Source: Promethearchaeota archaeon (GTDB lineage: Archaea; Asgardarchaeota; Lokiarchaeia; Sigyniarchaeales; SOKP01). From it: 64,000 bases of DNA. Shown in pieces: positions 39,820 to 48,708 of this stretch. The stretch spans positions 1-64,000 of the forward strand of contig JAHLWS010000011.1 of NCBI GenBank assembly GCA_019057795.1. Reading direction: 5' to 3'. Numbering within the stretch: position 1 is the first letter of the stretch; each line of letters starts with the position of its first letter. The position numbers and the translations under genes are program-made. A model generated the notes under the pieces. The model saw only the letters and a list, made by a program, of their open reading frames with translations, made no database searches and was not told where the DNA came from.

Positions 39820-40101
39820 GTGAATATAATGAGTTATCTTAAAAATGGATATGATATAATTGACGATGTTATTTTAAAAGAGAAGAAACAAAAAAGAGAA
39901 GTTAAAAATTTAATTGATCATATGATTTCTGCAATAGAAACTGATACAATAGATGATTATTTCTATTCTGATTATCAAAAATTAAATAAATTAATTGTAA
40001 AAGTGAAATGGAAAGAGAGAGATAAGGAATATAAAGAAAAATATATAAGAATTAGGGAATTTCATAAAAAACATCAGGGAGATGGAGCTATTCTTATCTA
40101 A
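39820..40101 (+). CDS. Hypothetical protein or gene remnant
   Basis: 93-aa charged ORF, no motif recognised. Confidence 0.45.
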   Translation: MNIMSYLKNGYDIIDDVILKEKKQKREVKNLIDHMISAIETDTIDDYFYSDYQKLNKLIVKVKWKERDKEYKEKYIRIREFHKKHQGDGAILI

Positions 40102-40529
40102 ATTAAGGTTTATTCCAATTATTATTTATTAAAGATATTTAATTACCCCTTTAAAGTGTTAAATTTTCCACATTAATTGGTATATAGAAAAGGGTTAAAT
40201 ATAGGTAAAAGTTAAAAGAAATATAGTGTGAAAAATATAGTTTTATGTCAAATTTTCATTAATCTTATGTATATGAAGAAGAGAATCAAGAGTAAAGGAT
40301 TTACATTAAATATTCAATTTAATAGATGAAACTCTTAAATGTGGTGTAAGAGATAAGTTATTATAATGGATTTTTAATATTATAGAAAAAGTAATTGCTA
40401 GTAGGAAATTAAAAATTTTATTTAAAAAACAATAAAAACATAAAAATATTTGTGATGGATGGGTATATACACCTGAAATTATTTAAAAAAATCTTTTTCT
40501 TTTAAATAGAATCGTCAAGAATAAAGTGT

Positions 40530-42737
40530 ATGATCGAAGACGATATCAATTCAAACCAATGCAGATTTTGCAACTCGTCATTTTCAGTCGACATTCTCAA
40601 AAAAATAAAAGATGATAGGAACGATGTCTACTGCGAAAATTGTGGCGATTTAATAAAAAGAGTTCAAAACAAATATAATTTTAATCCTACCAAAATTATT
40701 GAAAAAACCTCTAATACTAATACCAATACCAATACCAATGATACGCCTACTAAACCTCAAAAAGATTTAGAAAGCAATCCTGACGCTTTGCATTACCCAA
40801 TTGGCCGTATTTTTTACGACACCGATTTTCCACTAATCTTTAAGAGCAATTTCATCATTGTATTTTCTCGCCTTATTTATTTTCATGCAATACATTTAGA
40901 GCGCAAAGGGCAAATCGAGCTTGGGAGTTTGGAAATACCTGAAAATACCATTAACAACATCTTTATGTCTATAAGGCACATTCAGAATAAGCGAATTAAG
41001 TCTAGTTTCCTAAATAACCTCCATGAGATTTCTAAGGAGGAATTTGAACGCAATCTAAAACAATTACAGGCTAAAATTCAATCGAATCGCGAGTATCGGG
41101 AAGATTTCATCGTTTACTCGCGGTGGTTAATTAAGAGAGTGCTTATGATTGTCTCAGAAAAGAAACCTAATGATCAACTTACCAAATTTGAACGAACTAT
41201 TCTTACCGATATAAAAAAGCTTAACCTTGATAACTTTAAAGTAATTTCAAAACCTAAAAAAACTACTTATGAAAAATATGTTGAACTTGGCAAAACTCGA
41301 GAAGATCTAGAATTTGACATGACTCGAGAAGAATTTAAAAAATTATTGCAAAATAGAGATTCTATAAGACCTAGTCACCTAAAATATAGGTGGAGATGTA
41401 CTAGATTTGGTCACACATGGGATTGTACATATCATAACATTAAGGTAGGAACAAGATGTCCTCAGTGTCCTCAAAGAAATTCAATCACATATGAAGATTA
41501 TTTAACTCTAATAGAAATGAGAGAAGATATATATATTGGTATGACTCGCGTAGAATTTTATAATGCAGTAGTTAATCGCGGAAATATCAACCCAAGTGAA
41601 ATAAAACTAAAATGGAAATGCTCTAAAAAAAATCATACATGGCAAGCTAGTTACCGCGACATTCGAAACGGTTATGGATGTACTCGTTGTCCTAAAGGCT
41701 CTAAAGTGATTACTTATAAAAAATGTATCGAATTAGGTAATACTCGAGATGAATTATATTTGGATATGACCAAAGAAGAATTTAATAATGCTATCGAGGA
41801 AAGGGGCTCACTTAGACCAAGTTCAGTTAAATTAAGATGGAAATGCGTTAAATTTAGTCATACATGGAATACTAGTTATCAACAGATATATATAGGTAAA
41901 GGTTGTCCACAATGTTTCTCTACATCATACGAGAAATGCATTGTATTAGCCGAATCTAGAGATGATCTGAATTTTGATATGACGCGGGAGGAATTTTCGA
42001 ACGCTATCAATGAACGAGGATCAAAAACTCCAAATGCTGTCCAACTAAGATGGCGTTGTCTGATTAATTTTTCTCATAATTGGCCTGCAAGTTATAATCA
42101 CATAAGTAAGGGAAGTGGATGTCCGTTCTGCGGGGAAAAAGTTAAAATAATAGGTGAACAAATTCATTACATCTTAGAATATTTAAGCATTAAATATTTA
42201 AAAATAAAAGGTTGCCAAGCAAAACATGAAGTAGAAGTTACCCCTAAACGTAAATATAGAATCGATTTAATGATTGAAAGAAATAATAAGTTTATTGATA
42301 ATATAGAAAGAAACCAATGTATTGTAGAAATTCCCGAGTATATAAAGAAAGTTGCAATTGACTTTACTTTTTCTTTAGACTCTGACAAAATTCTTAAAAA
42401 ATGTTCTAAAAAATATCAAAATTCTGAGCGATTTTTATTGATAATCTTAATTCGAGAACAGAAGGATAATAATGCGAAGGAATTCCAGCAGCAAATAATT
42501 AATTCCAATAACATTCGAAATAAAGATAATATCAAAATTATAAATTATAAGGATTTCTTAAGGTTTATGGATTTAACTCCTGGAATGGATAAATGGAGGG
42601 CATTGACAAAAACAGAAAAAAAAATACTCTCGAAGTTTATCTGGGTTAGAGATCTAGCAATGAGTTCAATTGAATTTGATTTTGTTTTTGATGAATTAAT
42701 AGAAGCCGGCAAACACTACAGAAATTTATTAAAATGA
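40530..42737 (+). CDS. Zinc-ribbon + four treble-clef (DUF4379-like) zinc-finger repeats + putative PD-(D/E)XK nuclease domain
   Basis: N-terminal CRFC/CENC; four ~70-aa repeats T/SY....R.D....MT..EF......P......W.C....H.W...Y..I..G..C..C (about 41265-42130); C-terminal E.EV....RIDL.IE...AIDFT. Confidence 0.65.
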   Translation: MIEDDINSNQCRFCNSSFSVDILKKIKDDRNDVYCENCGDLIKRVQNKYNFNPTKIIEKTSNTNTNTNTNDTPTKPQKDLESNPDALHYPIGRIFYDTDFPLIFKSNFIIVFSRLIYFHAIHLERKGQIELGSLEIPENTINNIFMSIRHIQNKRIKSSFLNNLHEISKEEFERNLKQLQAKIQSNREYREDFIVYSRWLIKRVLMIVSEKKPNDQLTKFERTILTDIKKLNLDNFKVISKPKKTTYEKYVELGKTREDLEFDMTREEFKKLLQNRDSIRPSHLKYRWRCTRFGHTWDCTYHNIKVGTRCPQCPQRNSITYEDYLTLIEMREDIYIGMTRVEFYNAVVNRGNINPSEIKLKWKCSKKNHTWQASYRDIRNGYGCTRCPKGSKVITYKKCIELGNTRDELYLDMTKEEFNNAIEERGSLRPSSVKLRWKCVKFSHTWNTSYQQIYIGKGCPQCFSTSYEKCIVLAESRDDLNFDMTREEFSNAINERGSKTPNAVQLRWRCLINFSHNWPASYNHISKGSGCPFCGEKVKIIGEQIHYILEYLSIKYLKIKGCQAKHEVEVTPKRKYRIDLMIERNNKFIDNIERNQCIVEIPEYIKKVAIDFTFSLDSDKILKKCSKKYQNSERFLLIILIREQKDNNAKEFQQQIINSNNIRNKDNIKIINYKDFLRFMDLTPGMDKWRALTKTEKKILSKFIWVRDLAMSSIEFDFVFDELIEAGKHYRNLLK

Positions 42738-42849
42738 AGCCTAAACCTCCTTTTTGTAAAAATTATTAAATAATATAACTTATCTAATAGCAATTATAAA
42801 TAGCAAATTACGATTAAGAAAAAATTTTAAAAAATATTGGTGAAAAAAA

Positions 42850-44139
42850 ATTAAGAAAAAAGTAGCAATACTAGGTGTTGGTATAACTCCTTTTCGAGCG
42901 CGTTATTTGGATAAAACCTATTTCGAGCTTGCTTATGACGCGACTAAGCTCGCTTTGGAAGACGCAAACAAAAATGGGGCTGAAATAACTCATAAGGATT
43001 TAGAGTCTACTGTTTACGGTATTTACAACGAATTATTCGAACGACAATTCATGCCGGACATTTTTATAAACTCGTATATAGGAATGAACAACAAACCAGG
43101 AACTCGAATCGCTTCGGGGGGCGCTACGGGAGGATATACCGTGAGAATGGCCTACGCGGAAGTTGCTTCAGGTCTATCAGATCTATGCCTTTGCCTTGGC
43201 GTAGAGAAATGCAACGATTGCTATGACGAAAAAACGGGTACGACAACACCAGAGGTTTTGAATGCCATCGCTTATTCTGCTGATATGACTTATGAGTATC
43301 CAATGGGCATGATGGCAGCATCTTCATATGTTAGCATGGTAAATGCACACTTTGAAGAATTCGGTAATCCAACTGAAGATCAAATGGCATATGTTAGCAT
43401 GAAAAATCACGGAAATGCTATGTTAAACCCAATAGCACAATCCCCTATGAAGATATCTCTTGATGATGTCCTCTTCTCCAGAATAATATGTCATCCCTTT
43501 AAATTGTTAGATTGTTGTCTTTATTCAGAAGCTTCGGCAGCTTTAATATTAGCAAGCGAAGAAAAAGTAAAAGAACTTAAAATTGAGAAGCCAATTTGGA
43601 TAACTGGCGTAGGTGCTGCGAATACAGATTGTTTTATCGGTAACCGGGAAGAAATAGGACGGTTATATTCTAATATTTACGCAGCAAAGGCAGCTTATAA
43701 AATGGCGGGATTGGATTATAATAAGATCAAAGAGCAAATAGATTTGGCTGAGCTTCACGATGCCTTCTCTGGACATTACTTGTCATAAAGACAATTTGCC
43801 AGTCAAGAAGTCATTAGCTATGAAGAACTCGGTTTTGTATCTTTTGGAGAAGGAGGTCCATGGATTGAAAAATCATTTGAAAAACCTGGAGAAGGACCTT
43901 GGTTAGATGGAGAACTCCCGTGTTGTCCTTCAGGTGGATTGATAGGTTGTGGACATGCTGTTGGTGCTACGGGAATTATGAGCACTGGAGAGGCTACTCT
44001 TCAATTAAGAGGGGAAGCAGGTAAACATCAAGTAACTATTGAAAAAGGACGAGCTATATCTCATTCTATTGGAGGTCCTGGTGCCGCCTATGCTGCGGTA
44101 ATAGTAATGACAAACGAGGAGGGGTTGAAAAAACCATGA
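42850..44139 (+). CDS. SCP2/Ltp-type thiolase-fold protein, split by a 30-nt BHB intron (predicted 419 aa after splicing)
   Basis: ORFs 42907-43788 and 43939-44139 are one reading frame with a single TAA (43786-43788); N-terminal KKVAILGVGITPF, GVEK, NP.AQ, HDAF, PSGG..GCGHAVGATG; start is ATT at 42850 after a GGTGA SD motif (or GTG 42840 with a 1-nt slip). Confidence 0.85.
43775..43804 (+). other. Putative bulge-helix-bulge (tRNA-type) intron in mRNA
   Basis: CTTCT(43764-68) pairs with AGAAG(43806-10); CTGG(43769-72) pairs with CCAG(43799-802); bulges ACA(43773-75) and TCA(43803-05); inner hairpin TTGTC-ATAAA-GACAA; excision gives GGA CAA GAA (G-Q-E) and removes the stop. Confidence 0.85.
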
Positions 44140-44636
44140 GCGAAGAATTTCGATCACATGAAATTAGGGATAAAATTCTAATAGAATATAAGTATACTAT
44201 GGGCGGGCAATCAAAATTCTTCATAGAATTAATGAATAATAAGAAGATATTAGGAACCAAATGCAAGAAGTGTGGTAAAGTATGGATGCCTCCAAGAATT
44301 AACTGCTCAGAGTGCTATGAAGATACCGATTGGATTGAGCTCCTCCATGCTGGTACGATTCAAATCAGCACGATAGTGTGGTATGGGGCCGCTGAATTTA
44401 TTCAAAATGTCCCCTATGGTTGTGCATTTATTAAATTAGATGAAGCAGATACATCATTGTTTCAAGGTGTATTTTCAGAAAATTTAGTCCCTTCAAAAAT
44501 TAAAAAAGGTCAAAGGGTTAAAGCAGTGTTTAAAAAGAGGGAGGACCGAGAAGGGAGAATGACAGATTTTTTCTTTGTTCCCGAAGATGAGTGGGAAAGA
44601 TGGATTAATAAACCAGAATTTGAAGGTGGTGAGTAA
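44136..44636 (+). CDS. DUF35 (zinc ribbon + OB-fold) thiolase partner protein
   Basis: GTKCKKCGKVWMPPRINCSEC; IKLDEAD; ATGA overlap with the thiolase stop codon. Confidence 0.9.
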   Translation: MSEEFRSHEIRDKILIEYKYTMGGQSKFFIELMNNKKILGTKCKKCGKVWMPPRINCSECYEDTDWIELLHAGTIQISTIVWYGAAEFIQNVPYGCAFIKLDEADTSLFQGVFSENLVPSKIKKGQRVKAVFKKREDREGRMTDFFFVPEDEWERWINKPEFEGGE

Positions 44637-44638
44637 AA

Positions 44639-45010
44639 TTGGGTATTGCAAGTGAAAGTTTAAGTAAAATTGTTGAAAATATGAGCGGGAACGCAAAAGT
44701 TGAGGCTGTTTTTGTTACTAATATTAGTGGCAAAGAAGTTGATTGGGATATGATTTTCCAATTTAACTTGGATAACGAGGATTCTTTTTATCTTAAGGTA
44801 AAAGGAAGAAAGGCTGAACTGATTAATGGAACCGCTTCAGATCCTAACATAATTATGACGGGAGATAATAACGCAATTGTAAAAATCTGCAATGGTAAGG
44901 GAGATTTCACTCATGCGATTAGTAGAGAACAAATAAAAGTTACAAAAGGAAAAATTATTGACGTAATACGCCTAACTCGAGCAATAACCCTTGTTTTGAA
45001 AACTAAATAA
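44639..45010 (+). CDS. SCP2 sterol-carrier domain protein
   Basis: FQFNL..FYL.V......G...P.I.M......I..G......A.....KV..G pattern; in a thiolase-DUF35 operon. Confidence 0.8.
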   Translation: MGIASESLSKIVENMSGNAKVEAVFVTNISGKEVDWDMIFQFNLDNEDSFYLKVKGRKAELINGTASDPNIIMTGDNNAIVKICNGKGDFTHAISREQIKVTKGKIIDVIRLTRAITLVLKTK

Positions 45011-45022
45011 TTTTTTTTTTTA
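44894..45022 (+). repeat. Direct repeat copy 1 (3' end of the SCP2 gene plus T-run terminator)
   Basis: Matches 48467-48591; last ~33 coding nt plus T-run are identical. Confidence 0.9.
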
Positions 45023-45361
45023 TTAATTTAAAAATAGTCTTAAAGAAGGAGTATTCATTATATTTTTAGGTTCAAGCGATGATTTCTAAGACAGATTTAA
45101 CTTTAGTAAAAATTTAAAAGTGCTTTTGAGGTTTTTAGATATTTACGAAAAATAGTGGAACAATTTATGAATTAATGTTTTATTACATTTTGTTGATCAA
45201 TATTACAAAATTAATTATTAAAAATAATATATATTATTTCCATAATAATCGATATCTTTATATATTATCTGAGGAACATATTGCAATGTAATTACTTAGA
45301 ATTTATAAAAAATTGTAATCCTATAATTAATAAAAAATAAAAATAAAAAGTTGATTGTTGA

Positions 45362-46162
45362 ATGAAAAGAGAAATTGCAATAGTAGGAATGATCGTCTGC
45401 ATAGTGGTAGGGTTACTTGTCGGTTGGTTTATACCTGGACTTTTTATAGCTCCAACACCTACTCCGTTAATCGATCAAATTAAAACGCGAGGTTATATAA
45501 TTGTTGGAACTAGTGCTGATTACCCACCTTTCGAGAATAAAACCTATCCTGCTGGCGAGATCGTAGGATTTGACATTGATGTATCACAGCTGATTGCGGA
45601 TGAGCTTGGTGTTACCCTCGAAATGACAGACATGGACTTTGACTCTCTGATTGGTGCTTGTAGAGCAGGTACGATCGACATGATTGCAGCCGCAATGACA
45701 TACAACGCAGAACGTGCAAAACAACTCGCCCCCTCTAGTACTTACATTTTTGTACGTCAAGTTGTGATTGTAAAAAATAGTTCATCACTCACAACAATAA
45801 CAAGTTTAGACGATCTTGTGGGAAAGGATGTTGGTTGCCAATCGGGCACCGTAATGCAAACTGAGTTGGACGATATCACCGGAATTAATGTCTTCGCATA
45901 CGCTAGTGTTGATATCCTTATTCAAACACTAGATGCTGGAGGTATAGACGCAGCGTACGTAGATGGGCCAATTTATGATGCCTGGGCGGATACGATTGAT
46001 CTCAGGATTATCTATAGTTCAGGAGAAGAGCCTTTAGCGCTATGGTGCAAACAAGGGGAACAAGCACTGCTGTACGAGATCAATAAGGTCATATTTGAAA
46101 GCTATCAAGATGGATCAATGTATACCCTTATAAATAAGTGGTTTGGTAATGTAACAGCGTAA
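45362..46162 (+). CDS. Polar amino acid ABC transporter substrate-binding protein
   Basis: VGTSADYPPFE, GFDIDV, D.DFDSLI, ERAK; N-terminal TM anchor. Confidence 0.92.
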   Translation: MKREIAIVGMIVCIVVGLLVGWFIPGLFIAPTPTPLIDQIKTRGYIIVGTSADYPPFENKTYPAGEIVGFDIDVSQLIADELGVTLEMTDMDFDSLIGACRAGTIDMIAAAMTYNAERAKQLAPSSTYIFVRQVVIVKNSSSLTTITSLDDLVGKDVGCQSGTVMQTELDDITGINVFAYASVDILIQTLDAGGIDAAYVDGPIYDAWADTIDLRIIYSSGEEPLALWCKQGEQALLYEINKVIFESYQDGSMYTLINKWFGNVTA

Positions 46163-46175
46163 TAGGACGAGTTAT

Positions 46176-46853
46176 ATGCCAGACCTCTTTGATATTTTTT
46201 TTTATATTATTATTCAAGGATTGCCTAAAACATTATTGCTCACTGCCCTAGGTCTATTTGGGGGGTTCATGCTGGGTATATCACTGGCACTAATGCGTGT
46301 TATCGGCAGTAAAGAACTCACCTGGTTAGCAAGCGGTTATGAAAAACTGTTACGCGGCATCCCTATTCTGGTTTTAATCTATATCTTCGCTTTCGGAATA
46401 CCGGGCATATTTTGGTACATAGATCTACTTGATAGGCCACTTGCCAGTGTAATTTTAGCGCTTGCTCTTCGCAGTGGTGCATATCAATCTCAGATTTTTC
46501 GTGGAGCTATTCTATCCGTGAATCCAGGACAGATGGATGCTGCTCGTGCATTGGGTATGAGTAGGTTCCAAGCTTTTCGACATATTATAATGCCCCAAGC
46601 CTTACGGCTGGCGGTGCCTAGCTGGTCCAATGAGTATGCGGTAGTCATCAAGGACTCATCCTTTGCTTATGGGGTTGGAATCGTTGAGATGACCAAAGCG
46701 GCGTATGATCTTGGTGTAGGTTTCCAAGAACTTTGGGCTTTATCTTTGGGTGTTGTCGCGATTCTATACTTTTTATTTACATATCCAGTGGCAAGGGTAT
46801 TTGGTGAACGGCAATCAAAGAAACTTAAAAAATTGGGAATGGGAGGTGGCTAA
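46176..46853 (+). CDS. Polar amino acid ABC transporter permease
   Basis: [33 protein letters not shown]. Confidence 0.92.
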   Translation: MPDLFDIFFYIIIQGLPKTLLLTALGLFGGFMLGISLALMRVIGSKELTWLASGYEKLLRGIPILVLIYIFAFGIPGIFWYIDLLDRPLASVILALALRSGAYQSQIFRGAILSVNPGQMDAARALGMSRFQAFRHIIMPQALRLAVPSWSNEYAVVIKDSSFAYGVGIVEMTKAAYDLGVGFQELWALSLGVVAILYFLFTYPVARVFGERQSKKLKKLGMGGG

Positions 46854-46855
46854 AT

Positions 46856-47647
46856 ATGGGTGAAAATGTATTACGCGTAGTTGATTTGTGGAAGTCATAT
46901 GAAGATTTGCATGTTCTTAAGGGTGTTTCATTCGAGTTAGCACAACGAGAGGTCAAGGTCGTTTTTGGACCTAGTGGCTCTGGTAAAAGTACACTGCTTC
47001 GTTGTATCAATATGTTAGATCCCCCCGATAAGGGTGAGGTGTATCTCTCTGGACAAAATCTAATGGAACCAGGAGTCAATATTAATGCAATGAGAACGAG
47101 AATCGGCATGGTATTTCAACATTTTAACCTATTTTCTCACCTTAAAGCGATAGATAATGTAAGTATAGGTCTTCGCCGGGTGAAAGGGTTACCGAAGGAA
47201 GAGGCTCGAGAAAAGGCATTTAAGGCTTTACAAAGTGTGAAATTATCGGAATGGGCTGATCATTACCCTGCTCAACTCTCTGGTGGCCAACAACAACGTG
47301 TGGGTATTGCACGTGCTTTGGTCATGGAACCAGATTTAATACTATTTGACGAACCCACTTCTGCTTTAGATCCTGAACTGATTGGGGAGGTGCTTCAAGT
47401 AATGCTGGAACTTGCCAAAGCAGGTACAACGATGGTAGTTGTCACTCACGAACTCGGATTTGCTAGAGCCGTCTCATCAGAAATGATCTACCTTGATGAA
47501 GGAGTCATCATTGAACGTGGTACACCAGAACATTTCTTTACTTCTCCTAAATCCGAACGGGTAAAGCGCTTTCTCAGCCAACTCAATATTTTATACGGTG
47601 GGCATGAAAAACTTTTAGAACTTTCAAATAAGGAGAAAAGCGAGTGA
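46856..47647 (+). CDS. Polar amino acid ABC transporter ATP-binding protein (GlnQ-like)
   Basis: [43 protein letters not shown]. Confidence 0.95.
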   Translation: MGENVLRVVDLWKSYEDLHVLKGVSFELAQREVKVVFGPSGSGKSTLLRCINMLDPPDKGEVYLSGQNLMEPGVNINAMRTRIGMVFQHFNLFSHLKAIDNVSIGLRRVKGLPKEEAREKAFKALQSVKLSEWADHYPAQLSGGQQQRVGIARALVMEPDLILFDEPTSALDPELIGEVLQVMLELAKAGTTMVVVTHELGFARAVSSEMIYLDEGVIIERGTPEHFFTSPKSERVKRFLSQLNILYGGHEKLLELSNKEKSE

Positions 47648-48393
47648 TGTTCCAAGTTCTTCCTACGCAAATTGAGGAAATTCTTACCATTCTGGAATAC
47701 TGGGATCATATCTTATCAGGTTTCTTATTAACCATGTGGTTGTATGGATTAGCTATTACAATGGGTTTTTTCTTTGGCCTTTCTTTAGCTATTCTCCGCC
47801 AATATGGAGGGTCAATTTTCTCACGTATTGCTACTGGATATATCGAACTTGTACGTGGTACACCTTTGCTCGTACAATTATTACTTTTATACTTTCTTCC
47901 TTATAGCCTAAATATCCCCATTGGGAGGTGGAGTTTCTCAACCAACTTCATAATTCTAGATAAGGATATAACAATCATCCTCATAGATTACCGAACTTTA
48001 GTAGGCATCCTTGCATTAGGTCTTAATAGCTCAGCTTATCAAGCTGAATATTTCCGTGGAGCCATCATGTCAATTGGTACTGGGCAATTAATGGCCGCAC
48101 AATCGCTTGGTATGTCTCGCCTTTCGGGAATACGCCATATTTTATTACCGCAAGCTTTACGTCGTGTTATCCCTGCATGGTCCAATGAAGCAGCTTATCT
48201 TCCGAAGTATACCGTCATTGTCTATTTCATTGGAGTGGAGGAATTATTTGCCAAAGCACATTATATCGTTGCCCAGGAATTTATCTCACTTGCTACATAC
48301 ATCATTATTGCTTTGATCTTTCTAGTTATGATCACAATTATCTCCAAAGTACTAGATATTATACATAAACGGACAGGGATTCCGGGGTTGTAA
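47644..48393 (+). CDS. Polar amino acid ABC transporter permease
   Basis: [32 protein letters not shown]. Confidence 0.92.
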   Translation: MMFQVLPTQIEEILTILEYWDHILSGFLLTMWLYGLAITMGFFFGLSLAILRQYGGSIFSRIATGYIELVRGTPLLVQLLLLYFLPYSLNIPIGRWSFSTNFIILDKDITIILIDYRTLVGILALGLNSSAYQAEYFRGAIMSIGTGQLMAAQSLGMSRLSGIRHILLPQALRRVIPAWSNEAAYLPKYTVIVYFIGVEELFAKAHYIVAQEFISLATYIIIALIFLVMITIISKVLDIIHKRTGIPGL

Positions 48394-48466
48394 TCTATCC
48401 AATAATTTCTGTATTATTAAACAGAGAATTTGAATATAAACTTTTTTTTAATTAAAAATTATAATA

Positions 48467-48591
48467 GGAAAGGTGATTTCCTCATGCGATTAGTAGAGAA
48501 GAAATAAAAGTAACAAAAGGAAAAATCATTGATGTAATACTCCTAACACGAGCAATAACCCTTGTTTTGAAAACTAAATAATTTTTTTTTT
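48467..48591 (+). repeat. Direct repeat copy 2: orphan diverged 3' end of an SCP2 gene
   Basis: Encodes HAISREEIKVTKGKIIDVILLTRAITLVLKTK* versus HAISREQIKVTKGKIIDVIRLTRAITLVLKTK*; a 1-nt deletion and several synonymous changes. Confidence 0.9.
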
Positions 48592-48708
48592 CTTATTCTT
48601 TTATAATTTTAATTTAATTATAACTGACTATTAATCTAATGAATTATATGATCAATAGTTATGGTTTGAATAAGGTGAAATATATAAAATAGACCGTGAA
48701 AATGTTTA

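Noticed and set aside
40713-40739. (AATACY)4 hexamer repeat encoding NTNTNTNT
   Set aside because: Short in-frame linker microsatellite; not a CRISPR array and no frame-switching potential.
41265-42130. ~210-nt periodic repeats considered as a CRISPR array or DGR template/variable repeats
   Set aside because: The repeats are conserved at protein level with a diverged DNA sequence; no spacers, no adenine-specific variation and no reverse transcriptase in the window.
39420-42900. A 3.4-kb endonuclease-encoding intron joining the orphan 5' piece to the thiolase body
   Set aside because: No BHB or group I/II boundary giving an in-frame junction was found, and the downstream gene has its own copy of the same codons.
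43786-43788. Stop-codon readthrough or selenocysteine/pyrrolysine recoding in the thiolase
   Set aside because: The stop is TAA, not TGA or TAG, and readthrough would leave a 10-residue insertion right after the HDAF catalytic motif that both paralogues lack.
43846-43910. Second possible intron in the thiolase (about 6 extra residues; GEGGPW/GEGPW repeat; TCCA/TGGA pairing)
   Set aside because: The frame is open and no flanking helix completes a BHB; a small duplication or loop insertion explains it better.
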